A stretch of DNA of 64,000 nt from Chlorokybus atmophyticus (taxonomy: Eukaryota; Plantae; Mesostigma and Chlorokybus algae), in contig RHPI01001403.1 of NCBI GenBank assembly GCA_009103225.1, positions 1-64,000 of the forward strand, in the 5' to 3' direction. The notes beneath the pieces are model-generated. The model saw only the letters and a list, made by a program, of their open reading frames with translations. It had not been told where the DNA came from and searched no databases. A program made the translations under genes and the position numbers. Of this stretch, positions 37,798-48,948 are shown piece after piece (the first letter of the stretch is position 1; every line of letters starts with the position of its first letter).

Positions 37798-39565
37798 TAG
37801 CGTGGCGCCAGGACCCAATACGCGGCGTCAAAGTGTGTAGCTTCTGCAAAGCATACTTGGTTAGGAATGGCAACAACAGACGTCTGCAACAGCATGAAGA
37901 GAAGTGCAAGCTGTACAGTGAGCAGTATGGCTTCTATGAAGCCTGCTGGCACCACAAGGCAAGGGGGGACAATGTGAGGCAATGCAGACTGCTGGCACAA
38001 TGCATGAGGCCAGATTTCTTTTGGGAGGAGTGCACTTGCCTGCAGTGCTCGCTTTCCAAGTTTGAGTGGGACGGCGAGCCCATGAATCACCTGCCTTGGG
38101 CACGGCTTGGAGCGCATCGCGATGGGCAGATGTGCAAAGTGGTTCGACGTCAGCTCGTGCGCAACGGTCGCGGCAAGTCCACTATAATTGAAGACGATGT
38201 CAACAACAGGGTGAGTTGAACTGTCCTTGCAAACAGCAAAACAGCGCTTGCATGCATGACCAACTTACTCTGAATGCCAAAGGGGAACGCGGTTGTCGAC
38301 GATGTCGCGACACTGGCTGCTTGGCGGTTGTCGAGTTGAACTGTCCTTGCAAACAGCAAAACAGCGCTTGCATGCATGACCAACTTACTCTTGAATGCCA
38401 AAGGGGAACGCGGCTGTCGACGATGTCGCGACACTGGCTGCTTGGCGGAAGGAGATTGTTGATGAGGGGCAGTCTTTGGTAGCATGCCGCGTTGTGGTGT
38501 ACTGGCCAGGAATGAGCTCCTGGTATGCAGGCCACATCATCACTTTTGATGCCAACACAGGTATACTGCAGAGTATTTACATGCGCACGCTCATGCAAGC
38601 ACCGGCTCAGGCAAACATGTGGCTCAGGAAAACATACCATCAAGTACGACGATTTCGTTGAGGACCCACGGCTGCACCACATCTTGATAAAGAACTTGAA
38701 CATGGCAGCTGTGCGTGAGGGTTACGACGTAATGGTTCGTGTTGGTGGTTAAAGCTGTCTGAAACTGCAAGACTTGCCTGGTCGAGAGCTCGATCGATGG
38801 CCCAGGCCCCCACCCCTTCTGATCACACGCACACCAATAGACTCAGACGGAAGACGTTGCAGGCCGCGCGCACTGGATCTCTTTTGCGGCGCTGGTGGTG
38901 TAGCCATGGGTCTGTACAGGGCAGGGTTTAATGTTGAGGGCATTGACAACAAGCCACAACCGTCATACCCATTCAAGTTCTACCAGATGGATGCAATGGA
39001 CGCTGACCCGACAGCATACGCTGCGGTGTGGGCAAGTCCTCCATGTCAAGCTCTAAGTGGGGCCATTCCCACTACACAGCGCTCCGCGTACGGCAATCGA
39101 TGGGAGCACGTCAACCTGATTGACCCCATAAGAGCCAAGTTGCAGTTGAGCGGCAAGCCATGGGTGATAGAGAATGTCGCAGGCGCATCAGGACACATGA
39201 CAACTCACCTGAAGCTGTGTGGCACCATGTTCAAGTTGGATGTGTATCGTCAGCGCATCTTCGAGACAAACCCTCCACTGCACTCAGACTTGAAATGCAA
39301 CCACACTGGTTGTGCACTTGGAAAGCTGGCCACCCACCCGGAGCAGCGCCGGCAGTTGCTACCTTGGGAGAGGCAAATTTACCCGGTATACGGCCAAGCA
39401 TCCTGCCGTGGCACGATTGCAGGGTGGCAGTCTGCCATGCAGGTGGAGTGGATGGATGCGGAATCGGAAGTCAAGAATGCCATTCCACCAACTTACTCTG
39501 AACATGTAGGCAGGCTGTTGCTGGAAGCAATAGGCTTCACTGTTGATTACCCTCCTTTTTACTGA
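37798..39565 (+). CDS. C2HC Zn-finger / Tudor / C5 DNA cytosine methyltransferase gene (one in-frame TAA before the MTase)
   Basis: Exons about 37798-38210, 38404-38560 and 38628-39565 with in-phase GT-AG introns. Zn finger CSFC..HEEKC. Tudor LVACRVVVYWPGMSSWYAGHIITFDANT|GKHTIKYDD. MTase motifs DLFCGAGG (I), SPPCQ (IV), ENV (VI), YRQR (VIII), NAIPP (X). TAA at 38750-38752 is in frame with ORF 38774..39565. Confidence 0.85.
38213..38448 (+). repeat. 120-bp tandem duplication of an intron plus exon start
   Basis: GAGTTGAACTGTCC...GCTTGGCGG occurs at 38213 and 38333. Only the second copy continues into the Tudor exon. Confidence 0.85.
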
Positions 39566-40948
39566 AAGGTAGAGGTAGCTCTTGATTGCTGGCCACTTTG
39601 TTAGCCTGAACTCAAACCCAACAACAGAATGAGCGACCCAATAAAGTCAGCAAGAGGTCTTAATCACGAGGATGCCTCTGTTTGCCAGCACGGGAAAGAC
39701 TGACCTGCTGGGCAGGGTCTCTTCCAGAGCACCTTCATGCCCTGTTGCGCCGTCCGCCCACCCGAGACTAGACCTCCTGCGGGTTCACTGCGAACGCAGG
39801 GTATGGTCCAACCAAAGCTGACTCGCGAAAGTCATGAACCAGAGGCTCTGAGCATGTGCACAAAGTCTACAGTACGTGACTTGCGCGAGACGGCTCTGCA
39901 GGACCACATCCTGCGTTCGCAGTAAACCCGCAGGAGGTTTTGTGTCGGGTGGGTGGGCGGGCGGAGAAGGAGAACTTCTAGGTTGCTGTGCGCATGCCTC
40001 TGGTTGCGTGCAATCTTTGGACACATGCCCGGTTTCAGCGGTTGCCGGGGCCAGTACGAGGGCGTGCCAGTACGAGGGCGGCATGTCAACAGCAGCAAGA
40101 GGTGTTCTCTCGGGTGGGTGGGGGGAGAAGGACTGCCAGCCTGAGTTGCCATATCACAAACAGCAACCCAACCCCAGCGGCAGGTACAACCGCCGTCCAT
40201 CCAAAAGCCCTGGAGCAGATCGCGACCAACAAGTTCCATGCAGAGGCTGGAGGTGGTTGAGAAGGTGAAATGCAATCACAGTTAGTATATGCACGAGAGC
40301 GACGCATACCTCATGACTTACTGCAGACTTCTGTTACCACCTCCACTCTACAAGTGCTGTCACACTTACCTGTGCGCCGTGACTGCATACAAACAGCAGC
40401 CAGCAAGGCTCCAAAGGCGGTGCGTTCGCAGTGAACCCGCGTGCAGTCGAGATGATCCTAAGCATACAAAGACAGGCAGATGTGGGTGATTGCGTTTTGC
40501 TGCAATCATTCAACATACACAGACAAGCAGCTAAAGCTAACACACTCTATCCTGTACAAAGACAACGAGATTGTCTTTCCTCTATCCTGTCATGTCAAGC
40601 TCCTGTCATGTCACCTGGAAGAACACCTCCACTTCCTGCTGGTTAGCAGCGAAAGCAGGTGGCACAGGCAAGAAGGGGGCAAGAAAGTGAGCAAGAAGGG
40701 GGCTTAATCACAGGGTGATGCCCCTAAGCTCTGCATACAAAGACAGAATGAGCAAGCAGAGGGCTTTTTCACGAGGATGCCTCTGCATTCAGCATGAGCT
40801 CAGACCTGAATCGGGAATGAGAAAACAGAGGGCTAAATCTAGAAGATGCCTCTGTGTTCAGCTTGAATTAATATATACACTTACACATGAGGTTGGCCCT
40901 GCAAAGCTGGTAGTCGTAAAGTGAACAACCTCGAGGTTGCTGTCACAG

Positions 40949-43940
40949 CTACCTCTGCTGCTGCGGCTGCTGCTGCTGCTGTGTTTCCTTCTGCTCCCGC
41001 CGCTGCTTTCGCTGCTCCTTTCCCTGCTGAGCCATTCGCTTTATCTGTTGGCGCTCCTCCTCCTTCTGCCGCTTCAGCTGCTTACGCAGCTGCTCCTGCT
41101 GCTCAAGGGTCTCCTGTGCAGCTATCATCTCCTGCTCACGCTGATATGCAGCTTGATGTGCCAGCTTCTTGCCCTCCCGACGACTGCTGATTTGTTCCAG
41201 TCGTTCCAATTTCTGCAACCTGCTTGGCCTTGCTTTGCCTAACTCAAACTTTGAACGATCTAGGAGGTGTGCTTGCTGTTTAACAAGCAAGGTCCGTTCA
41301 TAAGTCTTGGCAGCCGACACAAGCAAATCGAACTGATCAGCATTCCAATCTTGGTTGCAAGGACCCTTGGGCACGCCAATGCGCACTACTTTCCTGAGTC
41401 TCTGGAGAAACAGTTGTAGTTTAAGGGCCTTAGGCACCAGCTCAACGCAGGTGTTTGCCACCCCGCACAATTGTGCAAACTGCGCATGATATTCGTCCAC
41501 GGTGCGCTCCCCATGTTGCACACGATGCAGCTTCTAGAAAGCATCGGAAGGCGTGTTGTCCCTTTGCAAAGCAGCTCGCTGTTGGCGGCGTGACGGGCGG
41601 CGTCTGCGTTTCTTGGGGTCACTGGTGTCACTGGTTGCTGCGGTGCTGATGTCAATTGACATATCACTGATAGCATCAGCCTCCTCCTCAACAGCGGCAT
41701 CAACCTGCACAGCGCCAGCCTCCTGCTGGCTCCTGGCCTCAGCCTCCTGCCTTTACTGGTCTTTAGCCTCGTTGGCCTTAGCCTCCGCCTCCTGCCTCTG
41801 CTTGGCCTCGGCCTCCTCCTGCTTGGCCTTAGCATTGGCCTCATCCTGCTGCTGCTTGGCCTCGGCCTCCAGCCTCTGCTTGGCCTTGGCATTGGCCTCA
41901 TCCTGCTTGGCCTTGGCCTCCGCCTCCTGCCTCTGCTTGGCCTCGGCCTCCTCCTGCCGCTGCTTGGCATTGTCCTCATCCAGCTTGGCCTTGGCCTCCG
42001 CCTCCTGCCGCTGCTTGGCCTCCTGCTTGGCCTGCTTGGCCTCGGCATCAGCTTGCTGCTTGGGCTGGGGCTCGGCTTGCTGCTTGGGCTGGGGCTGGGG
42101 CTGCGGCTCGGGCTGGGGCTGGGCTTGCTGCTGGGGCTGGGGCTGGGGCTGCGGCTGGGGCTGGGGCTGGGGCTGGGGCTGGGGCTCGGCATCTGCAGGG
42201 TACATGCAGCGCAGGACTTCTGGTGGCATGTCGCTGCGCTGCCAAGAGAGTATACCATTTGCATCACCAACAGACATGTAATGCGCGCTGGGCTTGCTTG
42301 GATCCGTGTTGCCAATGATTATATGGCCAGCCACATCGATAACATCCTCGCCAATCACCACTACAGGTTTGACGGAATGCTTCTCTCCCTTGGCATCCAC
42401 CGTGTAGTACCTCCCGTCATCGCCTTCGATGAGGCCGCCCTTATGCTCTGCTTCCCAGCAGTACTGCTTCTCGTCGGCAACCTCAGTGAGCTGCACAGTA
42501 CCGATGTGAATGCCAAGAGCGTGTGCCATGATCGCCACTTGCAGTTGATCGGCATAAACGCTCTCTTCAGCGATTACTTTCTGCAGAGCCTCTACAGCGT
42601 TGTCTTCATCTTGCTTAGTCTTGAGTTGCTTTTTGTTAAGTGCCCTGGTTACGCCATATTTGCTGGCCATCTTTTTGTAATCCTGGCCCATGTCACCATA
42701 GGCCCCGTACTTGCGATACTCCAGCAACCAATAAAGGTTGACCTGCTCAGCACAGATCTTCCGAAGCTTTTGCGCTTGCTCTCTTGTTGGCAGCTGTTTG
42801 CCATTGTCCAGCACAATGCTTCGCCAGAAAGACCCGTTGTCCGCTGCGTTCGCGCGTGTCAAGCACGCAGCGTTCACGCGAGGGCGCGACTGGGCAAGGC
42901 AGGCATAGAAGCAATTCCCATCTGCATAGGCATCGAAAAGCCGAAGCCGGTGTTTATCATGCAACAGCCCAACCAGCTCTAACTCGCCCTCCGTTTCTGC
43001 TGGAGGTAGACCGTCTTCTGGTTCAAAAGCAGAAGCAGAGGCCTCCGCGTCGGCTTGCTGCTTGGCTTGGGCCTCCACTTGCTGCTTGGGCGCCTCTGTT
43101 TCGTAGTCAAGACCGTATTCCCCGATGTCGATGCCCATAGCAGCTGCCTCTGGATCACATAGCCTTAGCTCTTCCTCCACATACTGCCGTAGCTTGAGCC
43201 TCCATTCTCGATTGAGGGAAGCCAAGTCTGGTTTGCACAGCGCTTTCTTGATAAAGACCACCAGCTCACCCCATGACATGAGGTTCTTGCTCTTCGCCTT
43301 CGCTTTCCTCCAGTCAGAGAATTTTGCTTTCCCCACTTTGTCTTCGTTTCTTCATGGATGTCATTATCGGTAACAACATCTTCAAGGCCAAAATGCCCGA
43401 GGTCCATACCCTAGCAGCTGCCTCCGGATTACAAAGCCTGAGCTGGTCCTCCACGAACTTCCGTAGGCAGATCTGCAAGTTCTTGTCGAGCTCAAGCAAG
43501 CGAGGATCTTCATTCAGGTTCTTCTGCATTACTTCAACCACGACATCCCAACTGTATTCTGCGGACATCTTCGCCTTCCCAGCCTTCTCCTCCTCCCTTA
43601 GTTTCCGCCAATTATTGAACCCCTCCAGCAACTGAGCCTTTGTGGTGTCAAAAAGGTCTGCAATAGACAGTGTTATTGCAACAATGGTGGCAAACAACCG
43701 CAGTGAGCATGCGTTAGTATGGTCAGCTGGAACAGCGCTACATTACTTGATTTTTTGCAGGGTTTCCGCAGGACAGCTTCCTTCTTAGCGGGTTCCTTCT
43801 TGTGCGCTTGACCCTTGCTTCTTGTCTGTGTGCATGACCAGTGTTACCACATGTTAATGATAATCATGCTGAACAAGCATACATTACTTATTACCTGCAG
43901 GCTTAAACTGGCCAAAGGGAACGAGCTTTCGCTTGGACAT
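40949..43940 (-). pseudogene. OTU-family cysteine protease + (PQ)n + EAEAKQ coiled-coil repeats + retrotransposon gag-like domain
   Basis: DAYADGNCFYACLAQS (catalytic Cys) ... AHYMSV (His). ORF 41753..43336 continues in frame through TAA 41753 and TAG 41534 into QHGERTVDEYHAQFAQL..KLQLFLQRL (ORF 40949..41521). Two homopolymer frameshifts near 43330 and 43410. Confidence 0.7.
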
Positions 43941-44087
43941 GATGAACGACCTGAGGAAAGCCTCACAGCCAAAAACAAGCACACATAGTTGAGCAACATG
44001 AGCATGCACACACACACACGGCTGCCTATTTGAGCATGCAGACAAGCCTGAGCATGCACACTTTAGCCTCAGCCACAATGAAAACTA

Positions 44088-44358
44088 TAAAACAGCTTGA
44101 AAACTGAGCAAGAGGTGGTCTTACGCACAAGGCCGCCCCTCTGGTTAGCATCAAGTGGTGGCTAACAGGAGTGCATGCTCAAATAAAACAGCTTGGAAAC
44201 TGAGCAAGTGGTGGTCTTACGCACGAGGCCGCCCCTCTGGTTAGCATCAAGTGGTGGCTAACAGGAGTGCATGCTCAAATAAAACAGCTTGGAAACTGAG
44301 CAAGAGGTGGTCTTACGCACGAGGCCGCCCCTCTGGTTAGCATCAAGTGGTGGCTAAC
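44088..44358 (+). repeat. 96-bp tandem repeat (~2.8 units)
   Basis: TAAAACAGCTTG occurs at 44088, 44184 and 44280. Confidence 0.9.
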
Positions 44359-44711
44359 ATAGACAACATGCACTTTTGATAGTTAGCGAAATGATCAAAC
44401 GGGCATGCATGCAAACAAAGACAAGCACGGCATGTGCTGCACCTTGTTGGAAGCAGTGCCAAAACCCTCCAGCAAGCCCACCCGAAGCTGCAAGAAACCA
44501 CCTCGCCAGGGTTCTCGGACCCAATGAAGTAACTACAACAACCAAGCGAAAACACAACACTTGCACTTCAGCATTGAAGCCAACGCCGCCGCCCTTGCCG
44601 CCCAGCCTTGCCAGTTGCAAGTTGTCTGCTCGATCGCTACACCAAAACCCTAAGGAAATCAGTGATGGTCCATCAGTGATGGGCTATCACCTTTGACGCC
44701 ATAGCCGGCAT

Positions 44712-45309
44712 CCCTAACCCTAACCCTAATGTTTTTGTAAGTTGTTGTAGTTTGCAAGGTTGGTGGCGGGGAGGTTGTTGTGGTCGGCGGCGAGGTTGTC
44801 TTGGTCGGCCGCGGCAGCGTCTTTAGTTATAAAGGTTGTGGGCGGCGTGGTCGGCGGCGAGGTGCTTGAGGTTGGCGGCGACGGCGGCAGCCATCCTTGG
44901 TTGATGCAGAGCTACTTAGACAGATACGTGCAAGCCTGCCTGCCTGCCTGCATGTTTTGTTTGTGCGCGTGCGTGTGTGTATGTGTGCTGGTCATTCACT
45001 GGGGCGGCATGTAAGCCCTCAGTGATCTGCCTTGTTGTTTTGTTTCTGTGATTCTGTTGGTGATTCACTGGGGCGGTCTGTAAGACCTCAGTGACCTGCC
45101 TTGTTTTTGTGTTTCTGTGCATGTGTGCTGGTGAGTCGCTGGGGCGGTCTGTAAGACCTCAGTGTCCTGCCTTGTGGTTTTGTTTTTCTGTGAATGTGTT
45201 GGTGAGGAGCTGGGGCGGTCTGTAAGACCTCAGACCGGCCTTGTGGTGTGGACTGGGTGAATGTTTTTGTGACTCTGTTTCGCCATATGTCATAACCCTA
45301 ACCCTAACC
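44712..45309 (+). repeat. Two (CCCTAA)n blocks (44712-44729, 45293-45309) each heading a diverged ~200-bp GC-rich module, with a ~70-bp minisatellite between them (44995-45235)
   Basis: Read directly. The minisatellite core GGGGCGG.CTGTAAGACCTCAGTG is related to the 35890-36200 repeat. Confidence 0.75.
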
Positions 45310-48300
45310 GCCCGGACATGTTGTTGTAGGTTGTGGCCGGGAGGCGGCGAGGTTGCCGTGGTTGGCGGCGAAGTCTTTGAGGTCGGTGGCGATGGCGCCA
45401 GCGATCTTGAGTTCCTAGCAAGAAACTCAGGCAGATACGTCGCATGCAGATTTTAGTCAAGGTCGGCGGCGGCGGCGCCGGCGCAGGCAAGGTCATCGTC
45501 GTCGGCGGCGGCGGCGGCGATGCTGGAGCGCTAGCGGCTACACAGCAGATACGTGCATGCCGTGCTTCCTTGCGCATGCCATGCATGTGTGTGTGTGTGT
45601 GTGCGTGCTGTGCGTGCTGTGTTTGCTGCAAGCCGCTGGGGCAGCCTTGTGCATAACCCCTCAGTGGCCTTACCTGTGCTGCGGCACAAAAGTTGTTTGC
45701 TGCAAGCCGCTGGGGCAGCCTTGGGCATAACCCCTCAGTGGCCTTGCCTATGCTGCGGCAAAAAGGTGTTCTTTCTGTGTGTGCTTGCGCTAGCATTGTG
45801 TCTCTCAAGAGTCATTTCCCTGCTCCATTTCTGACTCTACTGTTGGTTAACTACGGTGTGTGATCTACAGGTAAACAGCTACCATTCAGCGATGGCCGGT
45901 CGCTTTAGGTCCAGTGTAGTTGATCTCGTCGAACATGAGGTAGGTATTTGGTCTTGACTCAGATGCTTGCATGCATTCAACAGAGGGTATGATGATCCAG
46001 CCGGCTGCTTCCAAGACAGCAGGTAAACCAGAGCTCGCATGCCAGGCATGGTGTGTTTGTGGATGAGACTCAGGTCAGAGTATTTGGCTCTGTGTTTTGG
46101 GTGTCTTGGCATTCTTACAGCTGCTATCAACAGGTTGAGCATTGCCTGCAGCATGTTTGCAGGACACCGCCAGTCACGGTGCCCAAGAAGTTGGCAAGAG
46201 CTCCAGCGACGACAGGGACAGATAAATGCATCCTTGCATGCGTATCACATGAATGTGCATGTGTGTGTATGGTGTCCAGTCAGCTGGGGCAGTTGATTGT
46301 AAGCCCTCATGTGTGTGTATGCGCGCGTGTGTCGCAAAAGTCCGTGTTCACTTCTTCTGCTGCGCAAACATACCTTGTATTTGTGCATATGTGAGTGCAG
46401 TTGTGAGGGGTTTTTCCAACAGCATGTTTGGGCAATTCTACTGCCAGTGTTAGGCGCTTGCATGCCTGATTTGTGTCCAACAGTTTTGAGCGCAACCCGC
46501 TTTGCCTTGCAGGCTGTGCTACGGCCATGAGGTAATACAAAGTACAAGGTCAGATCTTTGCGTCATCCTTGCACAAGGCCTATAGTTTGGTGGTAGTTTT
46601 GGTAGTTGTATAGTTGTTGTGTAGTTGTTGTTGTTGTGTAGTTGTATAGTTTGGTGGTAGTTTGGTAGTTGTTGTGTAGTATAGTTGTAATGTAACTAAT
46701 CTGCTAGTCACTATGTTGTTGTGAACACGATCGTGGCGGTTGTGCCTGAGCTGATCTGCTGCTAGATCTCCAAGTTGCACAAAGGCACACACCCCACTGT
46801 TATCAGTAATTGCACATGCAACAGCCACACTTGGAGAATTACCAGCAGAGCAGCTCAGCGGTAACCAGAGTGTAAAGGGCAAACAAAGTGTGTAGAGCAA
46901 TGGTCATTGCGACGAGTCACTAGAGTCACTAGGTTCACTAAGAGGGTCGCGAGTGGGGAAAATTCCATTACAAGTTGGTGTGAGATTGGTACCGGGCGTT
47001 GCATCAGGTGCAGGGACCTCGGAGCCAGTAAACACACTCCAGCGTGCAGCAATATTGTTGTCGCACTCGATCACAACGCGCAGGCCAGCAGCGCCATAGG
47101 TGCCCGAGTCAATGATAGTGCGAGCAGGAAGAGGCGCATCAGGAGGCGAGGGAGTGTTCTCATGCACGGAGACTGCCACATACACACCGGTTTGTACAGT
47201 AGCTGCAATCGCAATGGGTGCCTGATGAACAATTCCACGAGTTGAAAGCTCCCAATTGCATAATTGGACCTGACAAACAAGTTTACAGGTTAACTCGCAT
47301 GTTGCATCGCATTCATTCATAAACGTGCGCCAGAAGTTGATGCAAATGCATAGACAGCGCCTCTATTGTTATGGACATGAACTGGACACGCATTCAGGCA
47401 GTAGCATGGCATGACATGCACGGCATGTAACGCGCAAGGGTGCTGCATGGTAGCAATCAGAGCTGTGCATATATATAGGCGTTCCTATCATAGCAGGACA
47501 AACATATGCACACTACACATGCAAACTCAACCCAAATTGCACACAAGGCATACGCATGTACAAACAATGCGCAATAGTATGGCACATGCATAGTGGCATG
47601 CATAGTCAGCAGCATGCAGAGTGTCATAGCGCACGCAACTCACACCATGAATAGCGAGAAAGATACCTGATGATAGCGAGCATCGCCAGAGTCCACATAG
47701 CCGTTCCACGGTTGTGTCAAGACCTGACCTAGTCCCACTAATCGCCGCCCGACTGCGAGGAGCGCCTGCGTTAGAGCCTCATTCATGGTGCGCATGGGTA
47801 CAGGGGGGTCCATTGTTGCAGCACAACTACCAGCATGCATTGGATGTTTGGGTTAGGGTTACTTATAGTTTGGGGTAAGCCACACAGACACCGTCCTCGG
47901 ACATGGAAGATTTCATCGGAAATAGAGAATGTAATTTCGCTTGGTTTGTATGGACCAATAAACATAGAGTTCATTTTGGCAATCAAAGTTTCGACAAAAG
48001 GCAATTTCCACGGCAATTGCTCGTGCGGCCTATTGCGGTCGGAGACGCGACTGGTGTCCGACCAGCACAATTGCTGATGTGGATTTTCCGAACGATCACT
48101 GCATTCCATTGATTGCAGGGATTTCCGCACCGGGAATTGCACTGATTGTCCCACAGCACCGGCGTACTTGCTGGTTGTGTTGGCGGCGGCGGTGCTGTGG
48201 CGAGGTGAGCGAGCGTTGTCAGCTGTCTTGTCGCACTGCTTTTCTAGTGGTTGCATGCTGGGTCACTTCGTTGCAATTAGCAAATACAGCATGGTGCTGT

Positions 48301-48319
48301 GCAGCTAGCATTCTGGACT

Positions 48320-48753
48320 GCCATTTGCCTGCTAGCTTGCTGTTAGGCTTACCTTTGTCGTGTTCAGCTGGCAAGAAGCTGAAGCAGCTTCTACTCTACA
48401 AGGTACTGGGTGTTTGGCTTGTTGGGTGCCTGTTTGACAAGTTCACAAGCACATGTTTGTGCATGCACATGCCATTTGCCTGCTAGCTTGCTGTTAGGCT
48501 TACCTTTCTCGTGTTCAGCTGGCAAGAAGCTGAAGCAGCTTCTACTCTACAAGGTACTGGGTGTTTGGCTTGCTGGGTGCCTGTTTGACAAGTTCACAAG
48601 CACATGTTTGTGCATGCACATGCCATTTGCCTGCTAGCTTGCTGTTAGGCTTACCTTTCTCGTGTTCAGCTGGAAAGAAGCTGAAGAAGCTTCTACTCTA
48701 CAAGGTACTGGGTGTTTGGTTTGCTGGGTGCCTGTTTGACAAGTTCACAAGCA
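48320..48753 (+). repeat. 151-bp tandem repeat (~3 units)
   Basis: GCCATTTGCC occurs at 48320, 48471 and 48622. Confidence 0.9.
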
Positions 48754-48948
48754 CGCCCTTTGTGCAAGCAGCTTGGAGACACTTTTTTTGCAAGGTACAT
48801 GGTTTGCTTGATGTGACAAGTCAACAAGCAAGTCCACATGGCTTACAACCTGCAGTCACTTGAGTCAACCAAGACTTGAGGTTGATTAGGGTTGCGGTTG
48901 CAACTGACTTGTAAAGCAAGCTTGATCTATCTACAGGAGGGCATCATC

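Noticed and set aside
38774-39565. Methylase as bacterial or phage contamination
   Set aside because: It is contiguous and in frame with a spliced eukaryotic Tudor exon, has similar base composition to its neighbours, and lies within matching TIRs.
39990-40060. Zinc knuckle (ETGHVSKDC) completing the gag-like protein
   Set aside because: The two N-terminal Cys residues could not be found in frame and splice linkage to 40949 is unclear. It is too weak to call.
3569-41755. Non-standard genetic code (TAA/TAG = Gln, as in some ulvophytes) explaining the in-frame stops
   Set aside because: The young Gypsy ORFs (over 2000 codons, many Gln) contain no internal TAA/TAG. Both gags end in TAG just after a slippery site, and one TAA replaces a conserved Tyr. 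Mutational decay fits better. Codon analysis of conserved host genes would settle it.
41386-42982. Long plus-strand ORFs (41553..42281, 42053..42982) and minus-strand 41386..42315; likewise 30423..31143
   Set aside because: These are antisense or alternate-frame shadows of low-complexity PQ/EAEAK and E/K repeats with no independent motifs.
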